A DNA stretch of 45,504 nucleotides from Opitutus sp. GAS368. GTDB lineage: Bacteria; Verrucomicrobiota; Verrucomicrobiia; Opitutales; UBA953. The translations under genes and the position numbers were made by a program. The notes beneath the pieces were generated by a model. It had not been told where the DNA came from and ran no database searches. It was given only the letters and a program-made list of their open reading frames with translations. The stretch is taken from the NCBI GenBank assembly GCA_945906115.1, contig CAMDQP010000001.1, forward strand, positions 1 through 45,504. Direction: 5' to 3'. This document shows positions 30,036 through 37,361 of this stretch, one piece after another (the first letter of the stretch is position 1; each line of letters opens with the position of its first letter).

Positions 30036-30868
30036 CAGATTTCCCTCCGGCGAAAGATCAACGATCCGAGGGTCAGGTAGGCAACCAGATAAGCCAGACC
30101 GGAGAAGCCGACGGAAATCAACGCCCCCTCCTCAACCACGGAGGAACCGAGCACGAGCGCGTCAGCGAGATTGAATTGCTGGAGATTAGGAATCAGCCGG
30201 GTACTGATCCAAAGGAAGGCAGCATAAACAGGCGAATCCGTCGGACGAAGGAAAGCGTCCTGCGCAATCCACTGGAGCTGACCTGCGACGACGGCCAACG
30301 AGCCGACTACGACCGTGAAAAGGAAGGTGCGCGCCAAAGCGGAAATCGCGAGGACGATGGCGATGACCACGCCCAGCCGGAGCCATTGCAGCAACACTAA
30401 CTGGCCTAGGCCGACGATGCTGAAGGTGGGGGGAATCTTACCGGCCTGCTCCGCCATGACGACCAACTCCTGCTCGCGTGCCCACAGGACAACGCCCTGC
30501 AGGCCGGCTAAGACCAAGACGAAGACGCCCAATACCGCCCAGGCACCAAAGAACTTACCCAGCAGGAATTCCGGGCGACTCAGGGGCTTAGCCAGCAACG
30601 TAAGCGCGGTCTTGTTGTCAATTTCGCTGAAGAACAGCTGAGCAGTCATGACCACCGCCAGGACTGAGCCGAAGAAGAACATGCCGCCGAACCCAAAATC
30701 GGCGATAAACTTAAGCTCCCCGTGGCCGAAGTCGAAGACGCGGAGCGAGACGGAGGACAGGACCATCGCGGCGCTGAGCACGAGCAGGAAGGCGAAGAAA
30801 CGCTGACGGACGGCTTCCAGGAAGGTGACCTGGGAGATCCAAAGCATACGGCGAAGAGAATCTTTCAT
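30035..30868 (-). CDS. ABC-2 type permease (PilI-like)
   Basis: TFLEAVR, about 6 hydrophobic segments, EIDNKT..TLLAKPLSR.EFLLGKF.G, C-terminal FRRREI. Confidence 0.88.
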   Translation of the reverse strand: MKDSLRRMLWISQVTFLEAVRQRFFAFLLVLSAAMVLSSVSLRVFDFGHGELKFIADFGFGGMFFFGSVLAVVMTAQLFFSEIDNKTALTLLAKPLSRPEFLLGKFFGAWAVLGVFVLVLAGLQGVVLWAREQELVVMAEQAGKIPPTFSIVGLGQLVLLQWLRLGVVIAIVLAISALARTFLFTVVVGSLAVVAGQLQWIAQDAFLRPTDSPVYAAFLWISTRLIPNLQQFNLADALVLGSSVVEEGALISVGFSGLAYLVAYLTLGSLIFRRREI

Positions 30869-30869
30869 A

Positions 30870-31721
30870 TCAGGCGTCGCGACTTCCAGTTACGAGTTCA
30901 CGGAAGAGGTCTTCCAGGGAGCGGCGGGGATGGGTGACGGAGGTGATTTTGGCGCCATGCGCCTCCAGCGCCGCTTCAGCGGCGGCCCGCGCCGTGGGCG
31001 TCATGGCCTCAATCGTCATCACATGGCGATCACGACGGGACAGGACATCCTCCACGGCGCCTTCGAGGACGAGTTTACCGCGGTCCATGATGGCGACGCG
31101 GTCGCAGATCTGCTCGACCTGTCCGAGGAGGTGAGAGCAGAGAACGACGGTCTTCCCCTTGGCGCGCATCGCCTGGATCATCCTGCCGATGGAGGCGGAA
31201 CCGACGGGGTCAACGCCGGCGGTGGGCTCGTCAAGGATGACGAGTTCAGGATCGTGCACCACGGCCTGAGCAAAGCCGATACGTTGTAGCATCCCCTTCG
31301 AATAGGTGCCAATCGGACGATCGGCGGCCTCGTTCATCGCGGCCAATCCCAACGCGTCTTCGACGGCGGCTCCGAGCTCAGTGTCGGCGACGCCACTGAG
31401 CTGCGCGCAGTAGCGCACGAGTTCGCGGCCAGTAAGGAACTTATGAAAATAAGGTGCCTCGGGTAAGAAGCCGGTACGTCGACGCGCGACGCTAGTGGCG
31501 GAAGGTTCGCCGAGGATACTGATCTCGCCGGCGGTCGCGGAGACGAGGCCCAGGATAACCTTGAGCGTGGTGCTCTTGCCGCAGCCGTTGGGCCCGAGCA
31601 GGCCGTAGACCTGACCACAGGGAATCTCCAGTGAGAAATCGTCGACCGCGCGGAGCTTGAGCCCACGGAGGCCAATGCGGAAATCCTTGGTGAGATGGCG
31701 GACGGAGATGGCGGAACTCAT
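30870..31721 (-). CDS. ABC transporter ATP-binding protein (PilH-like)
   Basis: GPNGCGKST, YSKGMLQR signature, ILDEPT, SH; ATG 31721 overlaps the acyP stop (ATGA). Confidence 0.93.
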   Translation of the reverse strand: MSSAISVRHLTKDFRIGLRGLKLRAVDDFSLEIPCGQVYGLLGPNGCGKSTTLKVILGLVSATAGEISILGEPSATSVARRRTGFLPEAPYFHKFLTGRELVRYCAQLSGVADTELGAAVEDALGLAAMNEAADRPIGTYSKGMLQRIGFAQAVVHDPELVILDEPTAGVDPVGSASIGRMIQAMRAKGKTVVLCSHLLGQVEQICDRVAIMDRGKLVLEGAVEDVLSRRDRHVMTIEAMTPTARAAAEAALEAHGAKITSVTHPRRSLEDLFRELVTGSRDA

Positions 31722-31999
31722 CGGCGGAGGGCGAACTCGCGACACGTGCGCAGTCCGGTGAAAGTTTTGATCTCCTCGCCGCGAATATGTCCGTCGAGAG
31801 ATTTGGCAATCTGGTCAGTAAAGGCTTCGACCTCACCCTCGTCGCCCTCGGCGTGCAGATACACCCTGCCGTCAGTCAAGTTCTGGACGTAACCCGTGAC
31901 ATCATAACCACGGGCCAAACCGAGGACTTGGGCACGAAAACCGACCCCTTGGACATGGCCTACGTACCAGACATCACGATGGGAGACATGGGTTGACAT
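31718..31999 (-). CDS. acyP: Acylphosphatase
   Basis: GHVQGVGFR, GYVQNLTDGRV, AEG. Confidence 0.93.
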   Translation of the reverse strand: MSTHVSHRDVWYVGHVQGVGFRAQVLGLARGYDVTGYVQNLTDGRVYLHAEGDEGEVEAFTDQIAKSLDGHIRGEEIKTFTGLRTCREFALRR

Positions 32000-32057
32000 A
32001 ACCAAGACTTATCGAAATATTTGACTCTCCCTCATTCACAGCAATCGCAATCTGACC

Positions 32058-32354
32058 ATGAACCTCCCTCTTGCCGTATTCGATGGCCCAGTCATCTGGG
32101 TTGTTCTCTTCGTTGTCCTGCTCCTTTTCGGAGGTTCCAAGCTCCCTGAACTCGCCCGCGGCCTGGGTAAGGCCAAGCGCGAATTCAAGAAGGCTTCCGA
32201 TGAAGTTGAAGACGAAGTGCGCAGCGCCGTCGAAGAAGACGAACGCAAGAAGCTCCGCCTTAAGCAGATCGAGGAAGAAGAACGCGCCGCGGTCCGCGCC
32301 AAGCTCGACGCCGAAGAACGCGCCAAGCGAGCCCAAGACGGCAAGCAGAACTAA
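32058..32354 (+). CDS. tatA: Twin-arginine translocase TatA/E subunit
   Basis: TM helix then FGGSKLPELARGLGKA.REFKKA, charged tail. Confidence 0.93.
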   Translation: MNLPLAVFDGPVIWVVLFVVLLLFGGSKLPELARGLGKAKREFKKASDEVEDEVRSAVEEDERKKLRLKQIEEEERAAVRAKLDAEERAKRAQDGKQN

Positions 32355-32361
32355 CACCTCC

Positions 32362-32389
32362 GGGGCCTGCCAAGGCCCCTTTTTTATTT
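32362..32389 (+). terminator. Intrinsic terminator after tatA
   Basis: GGGGCCT-GCCA-AGGCCCC stem followed by TTTTTTATTT. Confidence 0.8.
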
Positions 32390-32393
32390 CTCG

Positions 32394-32984
32394 ATGTTCA
32401 CCGGGCTAGTCCAGGGAGCCGCCAAGGTCCTTTCCATCGCTCCGCGCGACAAGGACGGCGCCCGCCTGACCTTTGCCCACCCCCTACTCGCCTCCGCCAA
32501 AGCGGGCGACAGCATCGCTACCAATGGCTGCTGTCTAACGGTCGTCGACCCTCAGGGTGCGCAAGCCAGTTTCGACCTCCTCGCCGAGACGCTTCGACTG
32601 ACCAATCTCGGCGACCTCCGCCCAGGCTCGGTCGTCAATATTGAACCCAGCCTCCTGCCGACCGACCGGCTGGGTGGGCACTTCGTGACCGGGCATATCG
32701 ACGGCTGTGGCGAGATTCTGTTCTTCGGACAGGACGGCGCTGACTGGCGGCTCGACATCATGGCTTCCGACGCCTTCCTGCGCCACGTCGTGCGCAAGGG
32801 CTGTGTTGCCGTCGATGGCATGTCGCTGACGGTGGCCGACTTGATTCCCAGCGGCTTCCGCATTTGGGTCATCCCGCACACCTTGGAAGTAACCAACCTC
32901 TCCAGCCGAAAGGCCGGAGACCGGGTCAACCTCGAGTCAGACCTGTTGGCAAAGTACGCCGAGAAGCTCCTCGGCAAGGCCTAG
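32394..32984 (+). CDS. ribE: Riboflavin synthase (alpha chain)
   Basis: MFTGLV, SIATNGCCLTV, GGHFVTGHIDG, KGCVAVDGMSLTV, IPHT, VNLESD. Confidence 0.96.
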   Translation: MFTGLVQGAAKVLSIAPRDKDGARLTFAHPLLASAKAGDSIATNGCCLTVVDPQGAQASFDLLAETLRLTNLGDLRPGSVVNIEPSLLPTDRLGGHFVTGHIDGCGEILFFGQDGADWRLDIMASDAFLRHVVRKGCVAVDGMSLTVADLIPSGFRIWVIPHTLEVTNLSSRKAGDRVNLESDLLAKYAEKLLGKA

Positions 32985-32988
32985 GCCC

Positions 32989-33648
32989 TTACGCGGAATC
33001 AGTTGAAGTCTCGTCCAAGCGGGCCTTCAATCGGGCGGAGATGATTTCGTCTGTTTCGCCTTCCGCAGGCATCGGCTCGCGCTCCAAGGTGACTACCACT
33101 TTCGAGAATGGAATCGGCATCGCGAACCGATCCCAACTGCGCATACGCCAGCAAGCATCGTAACGGATACCCATGACGACGAAGGGGCTGCGCGTCAGGC
33201 GAGCAAGCGAGACCGCCCCAGTCTTGAACTCACGGGCGGGCCCCTTCGGTCCGTCCGGAGTGATGCCGGTATGATTACCCGCGCGCATGGAGCGAGTCAG
33301 GGTGATCAAGGCGGCGGCACCGCGACGATTAGAAGACCCCCGGACCGCGGAGATGCCCATGAACCTGAAGAAAGCGACCAGCCAGGCACCGTCCTTGCTG
33401 GTACTGATGAGCGCCGTCACCGGTCGGGAGAAGTAGCGGTTCGCAACCCACGACGAGACGAAAAGCTTATCGTGCCAGAGTAACAAGACCACCGGGCCCT
33501 CGGAATCGTCGAAGCGTTCTACGTTACACCGGAAACGCAAGGTAGCCAGCCACAGGCGAAAAAACAGCGCCAACGGCACGACCCACACCCAATGATACCA
33601 TGGTACCACCGCGGGGGCATCGGAGGGTTCTTTGGGGGCGTCGGACAC
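32989..33648 (-). CDS. DUF374 / lysophospholipid acyltransferase-like protein
   Basis: WHD, IS.SKDG, RGSS.RRG, ITPDGPKGP, SWDRF..P.PFS. Confidence 0.85.
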   Translation of the reverse strand: MSDAPKEPSDAPAVVPWYHWVWVVPLALFFRLWLATLRFRCNVERFDDSEGPVVLLLWHDKLFVSSWVANRYFSRPVTALISTSKDGAWLVAFFRFMGISAVRGSSNRRGAAALITLTRSMRAGNHTGITPDGPKGPAREFKTGAVSLARLTRSPFVVMGIRYDACWRMRSWDRFAMPIPFSKVVVTLEREPMPAEGETDEIISARLKARLDETSTDSA

Positions 33649-33686
33649 TCCCCTCTATCTCACCTCCCCACGGTTAGTTCAAACAA

Positions 33687-34235
33687 TTACGCAGACAGAC
33701 CCAAGGCACGACGGATATCCTGCCTGCGAAATAAGTGCAACAGCGGCGTCGCGAACACCGCCGGCTCGGCCTTGGCCCAAGACCCGACCTCGGCGGGAGT
33801 TCGCCAAAGCAGGGAGTCCACCTCGAATTCGGCGAGCTCTGTCGGATGGTCGCCACGCAACAAATAGGAACGGACGAACTCATTCCCGAGGTCCGCGTGC
33901 CAGGGGGCATAGTCAATCTCGAGCAAGGCCGCGGGCGGGACGGCGACACCCAGTTCCTCGTGCAGTTCCCGAACGGCCGCCCGCAGGTAATTCTCGCCAG
34001 AGTCTACATGGCCGGCGCACGAAGAACTGAGCAGGCCCGGGCAATTATCCTTGGCATAGGAACGCCGCTGGAGGCAGAGCTGCCCGTCCCCCCGGAGCCA
34101 AAAAATATGAATCGCCCGGTGGAGCAGTCCGCGTCGATGGATCTCCCGGCGGAACTCCTGGCCGACGACATCATCACGTGCATCGACGACATCGAAAACT
34201 TCATCCGGCGACTGGCCCACTTCGGAATGGCTCAT
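33687..34235 (-). CDS. NUDIX hydrolase (IDI type 1/YfcD-like)
   Basis: HRAIHIF, LQRRS..K, Nudix box GHVDSGENYLRAAVRELHEELGV; ATGA overlap with the upstream gene. Confidence 0.88.
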   Translation of the reverse strand: MSHSEVGQSPDEVFDVVDARDDVVGQEFRREIHRRGLLHRAIHIFWLRGDGQLCLQRRSYAKDNCPGLLSSSCAGHVDSGENYLRAAVRELHEELGVAVPPAALLEIDYAPWHADLGNEFVRSYLLRGDHPTELAEFEVDSLLWRTPAEVGSWAKAEPAVFATPLLHLFRRQDIRRALGLSA

Positions 34236-34957
34236 CGTCCGAGGTCCATGATAACATTCCAACGCTTGTTCAGCTCCCGGTCATGCTTCTTCCAATCCGG
34301 ATCCCACGCGGCCAATTGATTCCAGAAGCGGTCAGAATGATCCATGTGACGACGATGGGAAAGCTCATGCAGGATGACGTGGTCGTGTAACATCGGCGGC
34401 AGCAGCACCAGCCGCCAATTCAGCGACAACGCGCCCGTCGTCGAGCACGACCCCCAACGAGTGGTCTGATCCCGCACGCTGACCTGCTCGACCGTCACGC
34501 CCACCTTGCTGCTCAACCGGTCGACGGCCAAACCGAGACCCGTTTCAGCCAAGCGACGGATAACCCGCACGGCGCCTTGCTCCGGGTCGGCCGATGGCAT
34601 CACGAGATTCACCTTATCTTCAGTCTTCGAGATGCGGATGCTCCCACGAGTGCCCTGCTCTGTCTCGATTGCCAGCAAGCGGTCATCTAGGGTGACCCAC
34701 GGGAACTTGCGTAGATGCGAAGTGAGCGAAGGCTGGACGGGACGTGCCTTGGCGAGCACGCGTTCCAACCAAGGAAGATTGTCGCGGAGAAAAGCCAGCG
34801 CGGAGGCATGCGAGGCGTGCGGTGGATAAGTGAGGATGACTTTCGGCCCAGGTTTAACCGACAGCCTGACGCGGGTGGTGCGAGCGGAGACGCGCGGCCA
34901 GATCAGCAGGGGGCGTCCGCCGACGTGCACAGTGATGGGTTGGTCGTCCTGCTCCAT
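34232..34957 (-). CDS. YgjP/DUF45-family HExxH metal-dependent hydrolase
   Basis: VRDQTTRWGSCS, LNWRL, VILHELSH..HMDHS.RFW; ATG 34957. Confidence 0.9.
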   Translation of the reverse strand: MEQDDQPITVHVGGRPLLIWPRVSARTTRVRLSVKPGPKVILTYPPHASHASALAFLRDNLPWLERVLAKARPVQPSLTSHLRKFPWVTLDDRLLAIETEQGTRGSIRISKTEDKVNLVMPSADPEQGAVRVIRRLAETGLGLAVDRLSSKVGVTVEQVSVRDQTTRWGSCSTTGALSLNWRLVLLPPMLHDHVILHELSHRRHMDHSDRFWNQLAAWDPDWKKHDRELNKRWNVIMDLGR

Positions 34958-34959
34958 GC

Positions 34960-35619
34960 TCAACCTTGAGGGGCGCGAAGTTCGGCCTCAGCGACGACCT
35001 TGGCCGTCTGCCGCCGCAAAGCCGAGTCCGGATCGATGCCGGCATCGCGGCAGGCGGCGATCAACTCGAAGAGTTTCCGGCCGGCAGCTTCCTCGGTCAG
35101 TCCTTGGGCCTGGGCGTCGACCTGGGCGACAGCGACGGTCGCTCCAGCATCGAGCTGCTTCTTGCGGACCTGCTTCCACACTTCACGGGCAGTCAAGATG
35201 GCGTTGAGCGAAGGAGGCAAATCCTTGAAGACCGTGGGCTTCTGGGCGCCCTTCTCCTTAAGTTTGATCTGCTCCCACTGCGTCACAACCGCGTCAGCAG
35301 TTCCGAGCTTGGCGCCGTCACCGAAGACATGCGGATGCCGACGAATCATCTTTTCGTTCACCTCGCGGGCGACGTCGTCGAAAGTGAACTTGCCGGCTTC
35401 GGAGGCCATCTGCGTGTGCATCGCAATATGGAAGAGCAGATCGCCCAACTCTTCCCGGAGATTGGCGTCGTCGTTGCGATCGATCGCCTGGACGAGCTCA
35501 GCGACTTCTTCGACTAAGCAATCGCAGATGGTGCGATGCGTTTGCTCGCGGTCCCAAGGGCAACCGTCGGGTGCACGAAGTCGGGCGGTGGTCGTAAGCA
35601 GATGGTCGATGCCGGGCAT
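34960..35619 (-). CDS. mazG: MazG family nucleoside triphosphate pyrophosphohydrolase
   Basis: LRAPDGCPWDREQT, EEVAE, EELGDLL, KMIRRHPHVF, WEQIK..EK; start ATG 35619. Confidence 0.92.
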   Translation of the reverse strand: MPGIDHLLTTTARLRAPDGCPWDREQTHRTICDCLVEEVAELVQAIDRNDDANLREELGDLLFHIAMHTQMASEAGKFTFDDVAREVNEKMIRRHPHVFGDGAKLGTADAVVTQWEQIKLKEKGAQKPTVFKDLPPSLNAILTAREVWKQVRKKQLDAGATVAVAQVDAQAQGLTEEAAGRKLFELIAACRDAGIDPDSALRRQTAKVVAEAELRAPQG

Positions 35620-35625
35620 GACCCG

Positions 35626-35688
35626 ATGCAGAAGGCAGTAAGGAAGGGAGTCAAAACGATTGCCAGAAGCCCCGGGAGCGCTTGCTTT
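35626..35688. promoter_or_regulatory. Back-to-back divergent promoters for mazG (-) and trpC (+)
   Basis: Minus TTGACT(35654)-17-CTGCAT-6-ATG; plus TTGCCA(35660)-17-TGCTTT-7-GTG. Confidence 0.5.
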
Positions 35689-35695
35689 AGGGCCA

Positions 35696-36487
35696 GTGGA
35701 CAAGCTAACCGAAATCATGGACGCCAAGCGCCGGGAAATCGCCCCGTTCGCCCGGGCGGTCACGGATACCGAGCTGGCGGCCTTCGCTGGCAGGCATTCG
35801 ACGCCAGGTTTCCGCCAGTCCTTGCTGGTCCCGGGCCGCCTCAGCGTCATCGCGGAAGTCAAACGGGCCTCGCCGAGCGTCGGCCAGATTCGCGCCGCCG
35901 TGGACGCCGTCGCCCAAGCCCGCACTTACGCCGCCGCCGGCGCCGACTGTCTCTCCGTCCTCACCGAAACGAAGTACTTCCAAGGGGAACTTAAGGACCT
36001 CGTCCAAGTCGTCCAAGATCAGGCCTCCTGGGCCCGCCCCCTCCCCTGTATCCGCAAGGACTTCATGGTACACCCTTACCAGGTGCTGGAAGCGGCCCAA
36101 GCCGGCGCCCGCTGCATCCTGATCATTGTTCGCGGCCTGACTGACGAAGAGATCGTCCCAATCCACCGTTCGGCCAAGCTCGCCGGCCTGGACACGCTCT
36201 TCGAAGTCCACGACGAGACCGAGCTCGAGCGCGCCCTCCGTCATGACCCCGACATGGTCGGCGTGAATAACCGTAACCTTTCCACCTTCCAAATCGACCT
36301 GTCTTTCGCCGAACGCGTCATCCCGCACATGCCGAAGTCCGTCCTGAAGGTCGCCGAGAGCGGCATCAAGACGGCCGAAGACGCCGCCCGCATGCGCGCC
36401 GCCGGTGCGCAGGCCCTGCTCGTCGGTGAGTCCCTCATGCGTGAGCCGAATCCGGCCGCGCTCATGAAGGCGTTGCAAACCGCATGA
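35696..36487 (+). CDS. trpC: Indole-3-glycerol phosphate synthase
   Basis: IAEVKRASPS, LSVLTE, RKDF, EVH, GVNNRNL, AESGI, LVGE; GTG 35696 gives a typical MDKLTEIM N-terminus. Confidence 0.96.
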   Translation: MDKLTEIMDAKRREIAPFARAVTDTELAAFAGRHSTPGFRQSLLVPGRLSVIAEVKRASPSVGQIRAAVDAVAQARTYAAAGADCLSVLTETKYFQGELKDLVQVVQDQASWARPLPCIRKDFMVHPYQVLEAAQAGARCILIIVRGLTDEEIVPIHRSAKLAGLDTLFEVHDETELERALRHDPDMVGVNNRNLSTFQIDLSFAERVIPHMPKSVLKVAESGIKTAEDAARMRAAGAQALLVGESLMREPNPAALMKALQTA

Positions 36488-37317
36488 ACGACGGCCCGCT
36501 TTCGCCCAACGAGACCCGGGACCTGCTGGCCCGCCTCTCCCATATGCCCAAGAAGTGGCTCGGTCAGAATTTCCTCATCGACGGAAATATCGTCCGCAAG
36601 TCCCTCGAGCTCGGCGAGGTCAAGGCCGGCGAAACGGTCGTCGAAGTCGGCCCCGGACTGGGCACGCTGACCCGCACCCTGCTTTGCGCTGGCACCGACC
36701 TCTACGCAATTGAGGCCGACCGTACGATGCACTTCCATCTGACGGAATCATTACTACCGCACTTCCCGAAGACCTTCCACCTGAAGGAAGGTGACGCTGT
36801 CGACTTTCCCCGCGCTGGCCTCGTCGACCCCACCGACGGTTCCTTCAAGGTCATCGCCAATCTTCCTTACGCGATTTCCACGCCGTGGATGGATGCGATC
36901 TGCGCCGGCCCCCACCCCTCGATGATGGTGCTGATGCTCCAGCGCGAGGCCGCCGAACGTCTCACCGCCGACGTCGGCACGGGACATTGGTCGGCGGTCA
37001 CCGCGCAGGTCCACCTGGCGTTCGAGAAGGTCAAAGTGCACCCGGTACCCGCCCAGTCATTCAACCCACCGCCCAAGGTCGACTCGTGCCTGCTCGTGCT
37101 CCGTCGTCGCCCCGACGCCAAGCGCCTCAGCCCCCGCGCCCGTGAAGTCGCCCGCATGCTCTTCACCCAACGGCGCAAACAGGTCGGCTCCGCCGCCAAG
37201 AAACTTTTCCCAGGCGCCGCGGATGTCACCGCCTGGTTGGCGGACCTGCCCCGCTACGGATTGACCAGTTTGGCACGCCCAGAGGCGATTCCGGCTGAAG
37301 CCTGGTTGACTCTCTGA
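36484..37317 (+). CDS. rsmA: 16S rRNA m6,2A dimethyltransferase
   Basis: LGQNFL, VEVGPGLGTLT, ANLPY, MLQRE, F.PPPKVDS, FTQRRK; ATGA overlap with trpC. Confidence 0.95.
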   Translation: MNDGPLSPNETRDLLARLSHMPKKWLGQNFLIDGNIVRKSLELGEVKAGETVVEVGPGLGTLTRTLLCAGTDLYAIEADRTMHFHLTESLLPHFPKTFHLKEGDAVDFPRAGLVDPTDGSFKVIANLPYAISTPWMDAICAGPHPSMMVLMLQREAAERLTADVGTGHWSAVTAQVHLAFEKVKVHPVPAQSFNPPPKVDSCLLVLRRRPDAKRLSPRAREVARMLFTQRRKQVGSAAKKLFPGAADVTAWLADLPRYGLTSLARPEAIPAEAWLTL

Positions 37318-37361
37318 CGCCTGGGGTTGCTTTCCGCCCCTTCTCTGCTCCTTATCCCGCC

